Positions 46,273 to 55,682 of a DNA stretch of 64,000 nucleotides are shown here, in pieces; within the stretch, counting starts at the first letter, position 1, and each line of letters starts with the position of its first letter. Below the pieces are notes generated by a model. The model was not told the origin of the DNA and ran no database searches. It saw nothing but the letters and a program-made list of their open reading frames with translations. The translations under genes and the position numbers were made by a program. The DNA comes from Candidatus Woesearchaeota archaeon (lineage in GTDB: Archaea; Nanobdellota; Nanobdellia; Woesearchaeales; JAZDKJ01): positions 118,150 to 182,149 of the forward strand of contig JAZDKJ010000012.1 of assembly GCA_043803105.1 (NCBI GenBank). Reading direction: 5' to 3'.

Positions 46273-47487
46273 ATGATGATGATTCCCTGGACTGAAAAGT
46301 ATATGCCAAAGGCTGTAAAAGAAGTCTTGGGCCAGGATTCTGCTGTTCAATCCTTAAGGGATTTTGTCGCTAATTTCAAGAAGCAGAAAAAGAGGTCACT
46401 GCTTGTCTACGGTCCAAGCGGTGTTGGCAAGACTGCTGTTGTGCATGCCTTGGCAAAAGAATTAGGCCAAGAGATTCTTGAGGTCAATGCCTCTGACGTT
46501 AGGAATAGTGATGAGATAACTGCTGTTCTTGGTGGTGCTCTAAAACAACAGAGCCTTTTTTTCCGTGGAAAAATTCTGCTTGTCGATGAGATTGACGGTG
46601 TTTCAGGCATGCAGGACCGTGGTGGCCTTCAGACACTTGCAAAGCTTATTGATGATTCAGCCTTTCCAATAGTGCTTACTGCAAATAATCCCTGGGAGAG
46701 CAAGTTCAATGCGCTTCGCTCAAAATCGATCCTCGTCTCCTTCCAGCCATTGAATTATATGACCATCTTCACAATCCTGAAGTCTATTTGCAAGGCCGAA
46801 GGTATTAAGGCGGATGAGACTGCCTTGAAAACCTTGAGCAGACGTTCAAACGGTGATGCTCGTGCAGCCATAAACGACTTGCAGTCTTTGTCTGAACGCA
46901 CTAAAGAGCTTACTCAAGAAAAGGTTGATGAGCTTTCTGACAGGAACAGGACAGAAACCATGATGCAGGCATTGATGATTATTTTCAAGACCACCCAGGC
47001 AGAGATTGCCAGGCACGCCCTGGATAATGTTGACGAAGACTTGGACACCTCTTTTCTCTGGATTGATGCTAATCTTCCGAAAGAGTATACAAAAAGGCAA
47101 GACCTGGCCAGAGCCTATGAGTCTCTGTCAAAAGCAGACATTTTTCGCGGCCGAATTCGCAGGTGGCAGCACTGGGACTTCCTTGTTTATGTTAACACCC
47201 TGCTTACTGTCGGCATTTCAGTCGCAAAGGACGAGAAGTATCATAGTCTTGTCAGCTATTCCCCAACCACGAGGATTCTTAAGATCTGGCAGGCCAACAT
47301 GCGCTTCCAGAAGAGAAAGGCTATCGCAGAAAAGGTTGCAGAATTCACGCATTCTTCTAGAAAAGAGGTGCTTAAATCAACAATTCCTTATATGAAGGTC
47401 ATCTTCAAGAAAAACAAGGCCATGGCAAAAGAGATTTCTGAATCCCTTGACCTTAACCAAGAAGAGGTTGAGTGGTTAAGGAGTTAG
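46273..47487 (+). CDS. rfcL: Replication factor C large subunit
   Basis: 'PWTEKY', GPSGVGKT, 'EVNASDVR', 'LVDEID', 'GDARAAINDL'. Confidence 0.94.
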   Translation: MMMIPWTEKYMPKAVKEVLGQDSAVQSLRDFVANFKKQKKRSLLVYGPSGVGKTAVVHALAKELGQEILEVNASDVRNSDEITAVLGGALKQQSLFFRGKILLVDEIDGVSGMQDRGGLQTLAKLIDDSAFPIVLTANNPWESKFNALRSKSILVSFQPLNYMTIFTILKSICKAEGIKADETALKTLSRRSNGDARAAINDLQSLSERTKELTQEKVDELSDRNRTETMMQALMIIFKTTQAEIARHALDNVDEDLDTSFLWIDANLPKEYTKRQDLARAYESLSKADIFRGRIRRWQHWDFLVYVNTLLTVGISVAKDEKYHSLVSYSPTTRILKIWQANMRFQKRKAIAEKVAEFTHSSRKEVLKSTIPYMKVIFKKNKAMAKEISESLDLNQEEVEWLRS

Positions 47488-47490
47488 CAA

Positions 47491-48015
47491 ATGAAAGAAG
47501 AAACTCCACAAGGCCAGATTATTATTGTTGACAGGAAAGACAAGGTTATAGGATATAAACCACGGGATAGTGTAACGAAAGCTGATATTTATCGTGTAAG
47601 CGGTTTACATGTGACCGATAAGGCAAATGAAATCCTTTTGGCAAAGCGTTCGACTAAGAAAAGCCATGATCCAGGCATGTGGGGCACAGCTGTAGCAGGT
47701 ACGCTTGAGAAAGGTGAAACATACCGCTCAAACATAATCAAGGAGGCAAGAGAAGAGCTTGGTCTTAGGAACATTCATCCCAAGAAAATCTTCAAGGAAT
47801 ACCTCTCAGATAACTATCGCTTTTTCGTTCAATGGTACAGTTTGACAATCGACAAAAAAACGAGGATTACCTTGAATCCAGAAGAGGTCTCAAAGATACG
47901 GTGGTTATCACGAGAACAGTTGTTGAAGGATATCAAAAAACACCCTTCTGATTATACACCTTCTGTTAAGCGAATTGCCCTACGCCTGGCTAGCGACACA
48001 AGTTTTCGCACCTAA
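47491..48015 (+). CDS. NUDIX hydrolase (IPP-isomerase-like)
   Basis: 'LAKRS..K..DPGMW', 'AGTLEKGETY...EAREELG'. Confidence 0.85.
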   Translation: MKEETPQGQIIIVDRKDKVIGYKPRDSVTKADIYRVSGLHVTDKANEILLAKRSTKKSHDPGMWGTAVAGTLEKGETYRSNIIKEAREELGLRNIHPKKIFKEYLSDNYRFFVQWYSLTIDKKTRITLNPEEVSKIRWLSREQLLKDIKKHPSDYTPSVKRIALRLASDTSFRT

Positions 48016-48048
48016 AAGTTTAAATAACGCTTTCCATTATTGCTTCTC

Positions 48049-49575
48049 ATGACTATTTCCATTGATGATATGGCTGCCTTCTGCAAGAAGAAGGGTTTTG
48101 TGTTCTCAAACTCAGAGCTGTACGGTGGTATGGCAGGATTCTTCGACTATGGCCCGATCGGTGTGGAGATGAAAAACAACATCAAACGTGAGTGGTGGCT
48201 CACCCATGTCCAAAAGCGCGATGATATTGTTGGCATTGACGGCAGCATCATAACCCACCCTAAGGTGTGGGTCGCATCAGGCCATGTTGGCTCATTCCAG
48301 GACATAATGTTAAGCTGCATAAAGTGCAGCAACAAGGTCAGGGCAGATCTTTTCATTGAAGAACAGCTTAAGGTTTCTGCTGACGGATGGAAGATTGACC
48401 AGATTAATGAAGCAGTAAGAGAAAACAATCTGAAGTGCCCAAATTGTAAGACCCCTTTCAAGGATGCTTCGCAATTCAATCTTATGTTCAAGACCAACGT
48501 CGGCCCAAAACAGGATGAGTCCTCAATAGCTTACTTGCGGCCAGAGACTGCGCAGCTGATGTTTGTTGATTTTAAGCTTGTTGTTGACACTGCCCGCCTT
48601 AAGCTTCCGTTCGGTATTGCCCAGATCGGAAGGGCATTTAGAAACGAGATTTCTCCAAGGAACTTCTTGTTCCGTTGCAGGGAATTTGAGCAGATGGAAA
48701 TAGAGTATTTTATACATCCTGATGCTGGAAAAGATTGCCCTTTCCTGAAAGATGTGGATTACAAGCTTTGGGTATATTCTGCAGAAATGCAAAAGAATCA
48801 TGAAGACCCGAAACTGATGTCAGTAAAGGATGCTCTATCAAAGAAGATTATGAAAAGTCCCTGGCATGCCTTTTGGCTCATTCATGAGCATCAATGGTTT
48901 GTCTCCCTTGGTGTCAATCCTGATAATTTTAGGGTAAGACAGCACAACCGTGAGGAGCTCGCCCATTACTCTACTGATTGCTGGGATCTGGAATACAAGT
49001 TCCCTTTTGGTTACAAGGAGCTTGAAGGTATTGCCGACAGGTCTGACTATGACCTCCAGCAGCATATCAAACATTCTGGCAAGGACCTAAGCCTTTTTGA
49101 TGAAAAAACTGCTAAAAAGGTTGTGCCTCATGTTGTTGCAGAGCCTTCCTTGGGTGTTGACAGGACCTTCCTCACATTGATGTTTGATGCTTATACCTTT
49201 GACAAATCCAGAGATAATGTGGTGCTGAAGTTACATCCCAAGGTTGCGCCAGTCAAATTGGCAGTTTTCCCGCTTCTCTCGAACAAGCCAGAACTTGTAG
49301 AAAAAGCTAAGAAAATTCACAATGATTGCAAACAGGCCTTTCCCTGCTTCTTTGACCTCTCAGGCTCTGTTGGAAGGCGTTATGCTCGCCAGGACGAGCA
49401 AGGTACTCCCTGGTGTGCTACAATAGACTTCCAGACCTTGGAAGATGATACAGTCACTTTGCGCGACAGGGACACAACCAAACAAGTGAGGCTGAAGTCA
49501 TCTGAACTTGCTTCAGTCATCGCAAGGCTTCTAGAAGGAGAAATAGATTTTGAAAAAGCAGGCAATAAAGTTTAG
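48049..49575 (+). CDS. glyS: Glycyl-tRNA synthetase (dimeric type)
   Basis: 'DYGPIG', 'LRPETAQ', 'FRNEISPR', 'REFEQME', 'EPSLGVDR'. Confidence 0.96.
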   Translation: MTISIDDMAAFCKKKGFVFSNSELYGGMAGFFDYGPIGVEMKNNIKREWWLTHVQKRDDIVGIDGSIITHPKVWVASGHVGSFQDIMLSCIKCSNKVRADLFIEEQLKVSADGWKIDQINEAVRENNLKCPNCKTPFKDASQFNLMFKTNVGPKQDESSIAYLRPETAQLMFVDFKLVVDTARLKLPFGIAQIGRAFRNEISPRNFLFRCREFEQMEIEYFIHPDAGKDCPFLKDVDYKLWVYSAEMQKNHEDPKLMSVKDALSKKIMKSPWHAFWLIHEHQWFVSLGVNPDNFRVRQHNREELAHYSTDCWDLEYKFPFGYKELEGIADRSDYDLQQHIKHSGKDLSLFDEKTAKKVVPHVVAEPSLGVDRTFLTLMFDAYTFDKSRDNVVLKLHPKVAPVKLAVFPLLSNKPELVEKAKKIHNDCKQAFPCFFDLSGSVGRRYARQDEQGTPWCATIDFQTLEDDTVTLRDRDTTKQVRLKSSELASVIARLLEGEIDFEKAGNKV

Positions 49576-49760
49576 TGTGCAACCCCCCTAGCCTTTCCAC
49601 TGCCTCTGCACCTATTTCTCATGATTGTGTCATACATTGGGTCGTATCTTGAAAATTCTTTAAGTGGCTTGGAGAACTCTTTGGCATATTCCACAAGGTC
49701 CTCAATTGGCTTGTCCTTTACCTCAAGCAACTTGTCAAGTGTTCTAGGCCTTGTTACCAT
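49572..49760 (-). CDS. Small hypothetical protein (62 aa)
   Basis: Paralog of 49821-50000; TATA-like box near 49785. Confidence 0.7.
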   Translation of the reverse strand: MVTRPRTLDKLLEVKDKPIEDLVEYAKEFSKPLKEFSRYDPMYDTIMRNRCRGSGKARGVAH

Positions 49761-49820
49761 GGTATGTTCATTGCCCTGTTTTTATTATAAAGTTTGTTTG
49801 AACTGTTAAGCCTGCCATTT

Positions 49821-50000
49821 TCAGTGAAATACTCCTCTAGCGGCTCCGGCACCGCCTGTCCTGTTTCTCATAATCACATTGTACATTGGGCTGTAAGGCG
49901 AAAGCTCGTTTAATGGCTTGAGGAAGTCTGAGACATATCTCACGATATCTTCAACAGACTCCCTTTTCATCTTTTCAAAATATCGTTCGAGTGCGCTCAT
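49821..50000 (-). CDS. Small hypothetical protein (59 aa, absent from ORF track)
   Basis: MSALERYFEKMKRESVEDIVRYVSDFLKPLNELSPYSPMYNVIMRNRTGGAGAARGVFH; GGTGA SD; clear paralogy to 49572-49760. Confidence 0.75.
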   Translation of the reverse strand: MSALERYFEKMKRESVEDIVRYVSDFLKPLNELSPYSPMYNVIMRNRTGGAGAARGVFH

Positions 50001-50107
50001 TTATCTCACCATTAATTCTTAGTGGATATCAATATATTAGAATATTATTAGCTAATTTTTCATTTTTATGGCAAAATTTATATATTTATTACGATTTAGC
50101 GTAAAAT

Positions 50108-51130
50108 ATGACCATTTCTGAAGGCAGGTTTTCTGAGGAGCTTTCTGCCACCAAGATCAAGCTGGATCTGCAGGATAAGAAGATTCTCTCCCTGTTGTCC
50201 GAAAATTCAAGGAGGCCAATTACCGACCTGGCAAGAAGAGCAAGGCTTTCCGCAGATACAACCCGTTACCGAATACGCCGGCTAAGGAAGCTCGGCGTTA
50301 TCCAGCGTTATATCCCTATAGTGAACTTTAAGCGCCTTAATTATTATGTCTTCCATGTTTTTATGCTCCTTGATGAGAGTGACCGGGAAAAAAGGAATGC
50401 TTTGTTGTCAGACCTAAAAAATAATGACTCAGTGCTGTCAGTCATTGAATACAGCGATCGCTGGGACCTTGAGGTTACCATGCTTGCTCAAACCCTGGTT
50501 GAGTTTGACAAGTTTATGACTGGGCTTGCAACAAAATTTCGTGACATCATTCTTGAAAAGAACAAGCTTGAGACAATACGAAACTATAACATGATGCATT
50601 ATCCTCTGGAGCCATTTCAGGTTTCATCTAGGATTCCTAAGAGAAAGCCTATCTTGAAGGTTAAGGTTGATTCCCTGGATTTGAGGTTGCTGGTTGCACT
50701 GTCTGAGGACTCTTCCCGCTCAAACTATGACCTTGCACAACTGCTTTCTGTCTCTTCTGACACGATTGCCTACCGGATTAAGCGGCTCGTCTCATCTGGT
50801 GTGATAATAAAGTTCACTGTGCTTGTAAACCTCTCCCTCGCAAACTTGCACTGGCACACCTTTTGTCTCCAGGTCAAGGTTTTGGATTCTGACCATGACA
50901 GGAAATTCAAGGAGTACATTACGGGCTTTCCAAAGATCCTCAGGGCTTGCAAGACCCTCGGCGACTGGGACCTCTTGCTCTATATTGTTGCTGAAGATTC
51001 CAGGGAATTTCACGCAACAATAAAATCCATCAAGAATGAGTTCTCAGACATCATCAAGAACTATGAGACCTGGCTTGCTTACAAGGAGCATTGTTATTGT
51101 GCCTTCCCTAAGGTTATGCTGAGGTCGTGA
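50108..51130 (+). CDS. Tandem (duplicated) Lrp/AsnC transcriptional regulator
   Basis: Two HTH+RAM units: 'LDLQDKKILSLLSENSR...YRIRRL' and 'VDSLDLRLLVALSEDS...YRIKRL'. Confidence 0.88.
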   Translation: MTISEGRFSEELSATKIKLDLQDKKILSLLSENSRRPITDLARRARLSADTTRYRIRRLRKLGVIQRYIPIVNFKRLNYYVFHVFMLLDESDREKRNALLSDLKNNDSVLSVIEYSDRWDLEVTMLAQTLVEFDKFMTGLATKFRDIILEKNKLETIRNYNMMHYPLEPFQVSSRIPKRKPILKVKVDSLDLRLLVALSEDSSRSNYDLAQLLSVSSDTIAYRIKRLVSSGVIIKFTVLVNLSLANLHWHTFCLQVKVLDSDHDRKFKEYITGFPKILRACKTLGDWDLLLYIVAEDSREFHATIKSIKNEFSDIIKNYETWLAYKEHCYCAFPKVMLRS

Positions 51131-51175
51131 CCACGACGATATGTTTTTATACGAATATTGCTTTCTCCCTCTAAA

Positions 51176-51592
51176 ATGGAAGTCAAAGACCTTCAGGCAA
51201 GGCAGGGAAAGGTGGACATTACAGTTGATGTAGTCGATGTCTCACAGCCTAGGGAGTTCGATAAGTTCGGGAAAGTGGGCAAGGTTGCTTCAGCTACAGT
51301 TAAAGACAGCTCTGGCTCTATTCAGATGACTCTCTGGAATGAGGAAATTGACAAGGTCAAGCAAGGCTCCAAGATTCACATTGAGAATGGTTATGTCAAT
51401 GAGTACAAGGGTGAGCTTCAGCTCACTGCAGGCCGCTTCGGCAAGATTGAGGTAGTGCAGGAATCCAGCCACAAGGGTTCAGAGGCTGAATTGACTGAAG
51501 ACGAGAAGGAAGAGGCTGATATACTTTCAGACCTTCACAAGCACGAAGAGCCTGAAGAAGATATCGACATCGAAGAAGAGGACGTAAAATAA
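51176..51592 (+). CDS. Single OB-fold ssDNA-binding protein with acidic tail
   Basis: 'GKVASATVKDSSGSIQMTLWNEE', 'NGYVNEYKGELQL'; D/E-rich C-terminus. Confidence 0.88.
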   Translation: MEVKDLQARQGKVDITVDVVDVSQPREFDKFGKVGKVASATVKDSSGSIQMTLWNEEIDKVKQGSKIHIENGYVNEYKGELQLTAGRFGKIEVVQESSHKGSEAELTEDEKEEADILSDLHKHEEPEEDIDIEEEDVK

Positions 51593-51683
51593 CAACTAAC
51601 AAGTAGTAACAAAATCGAAAGATTTATAAAGTTGACAATTAGTTTCTACGTCGTGAAAACTGATATTTCTGAATTTTGGATGG

Positions 51684-51773
51684 TTGTCGTCTATGGCGCT
51701 TTCCGCCGTTCTCAAAAATCACAGATTTTTGGAACCCTAAAAACGCTTTGCGTTTTTTATGGAAACGCTACAA
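51684..51773. repeat. Branched hairpin element at left island boundary
   Basis: Outer GCG-C-TTTCC/GGAAACGC enclosing CAAAAATC-ACA-GATTTTTG and AAAAACGC-TTT-GCGTTTTT. Confidence 0.65.
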
Positions 51774-51993
51774 GCCCCAGATGACTGCTTTCAGATAGTT
51801 TCTGATATCTGGCAGATAAATATAGCAGGAAACTTGCTTTTCTTAGCACAATGCAGAATTCGACAAATTACGACTAAATTGTGATATCCTAATCTTCCGA
51901 TTAATGGTTTTATGTTTTCACCCCCAATCAAATCAACAGATATATAAATTAAGTAATTAAGTATATATTATATTCAATTTGGGAGGGATATTA

Positions 51994-54279
51994 ATGAAAA
52001 AATTTTTATCATTTATTCTGATGACAGTATTCGCACTGTCAATCGCGGGCATAGCATACGCTGAAGAAATCTGTCCAAAGCCACCTCAACTTTTTTGTGC
52101 TGAAGGACAAGTTGTAGGAATGTTTAAGGATGATAGTGGTTGTTTAATAACCATGTGTGTAGACAAGACAGAAAATACTGTTTATTGCTGGAATGATGCA
52201 ACATGTGTAAATGGCGCTACATGGATGAATGCTAATCGTTGTGCTGTTGATAGTGATTGTGTATGCGGTGGCATGGATTTAAACAGTGGTAAATGTTATG
52301 TGGGTAATAAGGAATATTATAATGTTAATGTTGATAAGACAAAAGACTGTTCAGATTATTGTAGGTTAGACGAAAGATTAGTTAAGTGTGTAAAAAATTG
52401 GTGTACATTAGTAAGTGCAACAGATACCACTGCTGATGCTAATTTATCACCCGCGACATGTGTTACTAATAAGAATGGTTCATGCTGCATTGGAAATGTT
52501 TGTAAGACGACTATTAATGGCTGCTCACAAGGGTTTATGACCAATTTCTTTGGATGTTCAGATACATGCACGCCAAAATTCGAATGTTTGTTAAACACTA
52601 CTAAAAATTGTATTATGGAAGGTTACCAGACACAAGATACGAATCCTGCTGTTAGTTGCTGTGAAGGACTTGTGCCGCGTACTAGTCCAGAATTAGTTGG
52701 CAGAGCAACTTGTGTAAAGTCGGGTACTGCTAGTGGAGACAAACCAATTGTTTCAGTTCAACCAACGATGACTCCCACTGCAACGCCCGGTGCTACTAGT
52801 GGAGAAAAACCGATTGTTTCAACTATAACTAGTGTTAATAATTGTCCAACACCAACAACACCTTTATGTACTGAAGGAAAAGTTCTCGGAGTATTCAAGA
52901 ACGATAATGGTTGTCCAATATTCAAGTGTGTAGACGTGTCAGCAAATAATCCTATGGTAACTGCCGCAGCATTTCCTGCAGTATGTTTTGATGAGAGCCT
53001 CAATAGACAAGTCTTAGAAATAAATAAGAGATTAGGAGAATTAAAAGATGACGCACAGATTGCTGAATTGAAAACAAAACTTGAGAATATTAATGCTGAA
53101 ATTTTACAGAAAAAAGATGAATGCGCGCAAAAGAAACAATACAAACAAGAGCAACAATACGCACAGGAGACAACAACGGCTCAGACGGCACCACGCGGTG
53201 TAGCAGTGGGTCAAGTATGTGAAGTTTCAGAAGACTTACGTGTAAAACAAGATGGTGTGTGGAAAGTCTATAAAGAAGCTATCGAAAATGGTGATGATGC
53301 TGCAATTGCTTTTGCAAAAACTGCTCTTGAAACTATACGAACAGAAATACAATCCGCACGTCAAGCATGCATGGACACTGTTGTTCCTGGACAAATAAAG
53401 AACGGAGGAGGACAAGGGAAGATTGTCGATTGTAAAATTCCGCAAGAACTCTACGATAAACTTGAAAACCTCTGGAAGAAAGCACGTGAAATTTCTGGAG
53501 ATGCAATAGCACCTGCCGATATAAAGGAACAGATTACGCAGGTAGAAGAAAAGATCCGCGCGGCAAAAGCAACATGTAATGCTGCAGTTATTACTTCAAC
53601 GACTAACTCGCAAGATCTTGCAGACGGATACAAGGAAAGAATTGCATCAGCAATTAGTTCTACAGATGGTCTTGAAGCAAAAATTCAATCATTAAAAGAA
53701 CTTCGAAAAGAAATTGATGAAACAATAAAGAACCTCATCAAAGAACAAAAGAAATTCAAGTTCAATGAATTCAAAGACCTTACTGATGATGTTACAATAA
53801 GCCCTGGCAGCGTAGAAATTGGCGATTCTAAAACAGAATCAAAGGATGTAGAAATCGAAACAGAAATCGAAGGAGATAATATTACTGTTTCAACATCAGA
53901 TGACTTTGTTCTTCTTGAAGATAGCGGATTAATTGTCGAAGCATCATCTGTTGACATTAGCAGCGACGGAATTACTGTTGATGGAACAACCCTTAAAGTT
54001 TCACCAAAAAAATTGCTTACAAGAAGTAAAGGACTTGAACAATACAAAGCAAATGCAAAGGTAAAGATTGAAAAAATCAAAGGAAAAGTCCAATACCGCG
54101 CAGAGTATCAATCACAGAAAAAATTATTCGGATTTATTTCTGTAACTGCAGACAATGCAGTAGAAGTTGATGCAGTGTCAGGAGAAGTCACTTCAAAAGA
54201 ATCGCCTTGGTGGAATGGCCTTGCAGCAGATGCTGCGCCGGTAAAAACAGAAGCCATAGCAGAAGTCGCAACGGGATAA
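51994..54279 (+). CDS. Large Cys-rich secreted/surface protein
   Basis: Signal peptide, repeated Cys modules, helical middle region, C-terminal 'KKLFGFISV...VDAVSGEV...PWW'. Confidence 0.85.
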   Translation: MKKFLSFILMTVFALSIAGIAYAEEICPKPPQLFCAEGQVVGMFKDDSGCLITMCVDKTENTVYCWNDATCVNGATWMNANRCAVDSDCVCGGMDLNSGKCYVGNKEYYNVNVDKTKDCSDYCRLDERLVKCVKNWCTLVSATDTTADANLSPATCVTNKNGSCCIGNVCKTTINGCSQGFMTNFFGCSDTCTPKFECLLNTTKNCIMEGYQTQDTNPAVSCCEGLVPRTSPELVGRATCVKSGTASGDKPIVSVQPTMTPTATPGATSGEKPIVSTITSVNNCPTPTTPLCTEGKVLGVFKNDNGCPIFKCVDVSANNPMVTAAAFPAVCFDESLNRQVLEINKRLGELKDDAQIAELKTKLENINAEILQKKDECAQKKQYKQEQQYAQETTTAQTAPRGVAVGQVCEVSEDLRVKQDGVWKVYKEAIENGDDAAIAFAKTALETIRTEIQSARQACMDTVVPGQIKNGGGQGKIVDCKIPQELYDKLENLWKKAREISGDAIAPADIKEQITQVEEKIRAAKATCNAAVITSTTNSQDLADGYKERIASAISSTDGLEAKIQSLKELRKEIDETIKNLIKEQKKFKFNEFKDLTDDVTISPGSVEIGDSKTESKDVEIETEIEGDNITVSTSDDFVLLEDSGLIVEASSVDISSDGITVDGTTLKVSPKKLLTRSKGLEQYKANAKVKIEKIKGKVQYRAEYQSQKKLFGFISVTADNAVEVDAVSGEVTSKESPWWNGLAADAAPVKTEAIAEVATG

Positions 54280-54296
54280 ATTCTTTTTATATTTTT

Positions 54297-55220
54297 TTAT
54301 TTCGTTGATGTATACTTGAAATTCACATCATGCTGTTCAGCAGGAAGTTGATACCCACCACATTCGAAGGGATAAGCAAGCACACCACTTGGAAAACTCG
54401 CATTAGGACTATAACATTTCCAATAAAAAAATGAACTTGGTTGTACCCAATGAAGATAGGGGTTTCCTTTTTTAACAGTAGGATTTTTTGATGTATTTGA
54501 TACTTTGAAGCAAAAGGAGGCAAAAGTGTGGGTGCCAACACTGCCGGCATATCCAATCAATTCTCCGCGTTTTACTGTAAATCCAATTAATGCTTTGCAT
54601 GCAGATGCTTTCCCTTGTTTTGTTATGTAATCATCAAATGCAAAGAAAAGATGTCCCTGAGCTTGGCTACTGTCATACAACTCTTCAGATTCACTACAAT
54701 CCGGATTTTGATAATGTCCAACTAACAGTGGCGAGCTGTATAAATGGTAAGTTTTCATAATCATACCTGGCCAATCAGGACTGGCAGACTCGAAGTATAA
54801 CACCATATCATTAAATGGGGTAATTTTTTGTCCGTCTACAATCTTATATTCGGCATTATTATTTTGAAAACCTACTAATACCATATCAATAGGTGCAAGT
54901 AAAGGTGTTCCATGCGCTAGTTCGAATTCTATTCCACATTTAGTGGGATAAGGCTTCGAATATTTACTACCAATTTTTGGGCCAAGCGTGATTATATTAG
55001 GGTCAGCATCGCCAGTATATGCTTCCGTATGCGTATTGATACCGACCATGCTGGATGGCGGTGAAGTAATCACTGATGCGCTCGTATTAGGTACTGGAAT
55101 AGGTGGAGAAGAAGAGGTTTTGTTGAATATTTTTCCAAAAATTTTACTCGGATTTACTGTATAAAAGATGCCAATAACAAATATGAAAATCAGTATTAAA
55201 ACTATAAATTTTCCTTTCAT
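54297..55220 (-). CDS. Membrane-anchored degenerate M23-peptidase-like protein
   Basis: TM, P/S/T linker, 'GIEFELAHGTPLLAPID', 'TYHL', 'VKRGELIGYAGSVG'. Confidence 0.65.
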   Translation of the reverse strand: MKGKFIVLILIFIFVIGIFYTVNPSKIFGKIFNKTSSSPPIPVPNTSASVITSPPSSMVGINTHTEAYTGDADPNIITLGPKIGSKYSKPYPTKCGIEFELAHGTPLLAPIDMVLVGFQNNNAEYKIVDGQKITPFNDMVLYFESASPDWPGMIMKTYHLYSSPLLVGHYQNPDCSESEELYDSSQAQGHLFFAFDDYITKQGKASACKALIGFTVKRGELIGYAGSVGTHTFASFCFKVSNTSKNPTVKKGNPYLHWVQPSSFFYWKCYSPNASFPSGVLAYPFECGGYQLPAEQHDVNFKYTSTK

Positions 55221-55414
55221 AATATCCAGTTTAATTTGCATGCTTATATTTTTTCTGATTTGGTTAAGTCTTATACGCCTCCACAAAATAGGAAACTCTG
55301 TGTTCTCGTCGTAAAAGTAAATTTATTGTATTAAACATCTATTTAGTGTAGTCTCTTTTATCTTGGATTCAGAAACTATTTTAGAGATGAATATATCTTA
55401 AAAAAATAAAAAAA

Positions 55415-55645
55415 GCGAGACTGTTACCTCGCGTGTTTTGTTTTCCACACCCTAAGTTTTCGCCTTAGGAAGTCTCAAAAACAAAGTTTTTGACGATGCT
55501 CAAGACGCGAGTCTTTACACGTAGTCAAGTGTAGCTACAGCGCACTTTCTAATCCACTATATCTGCCGTCAATAAACTGCAGATTCACTCCTTAGTGACC
55601 TTGTAGCGCTTTTTGGAAAATCAGCTATAACTACTGCTTAGTAGC
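55415..55645. repeat. Array of short hairpins at right island boundary
   Basis: GCGAG/CTCGC, CCTAAG/CTTAGG, TCAAAAAC/GTTTTTGA, AAGAC/GTCTT, TACAC/GTGTA, ATCTGC/GCAGAT, CACT/AGTG, CTACT/AGTAG. Confidence 0.6.
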
Positions 55646-55682
55646 GAAACATTTATATATTACTTCTTTTTCAAATATCCTT

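Noticed and set aside
51652-51784. Short GTG-started ORF across the left hairpin element
   Set aside because: Sequence is dominated by inverted repeats with no protein-like signal.
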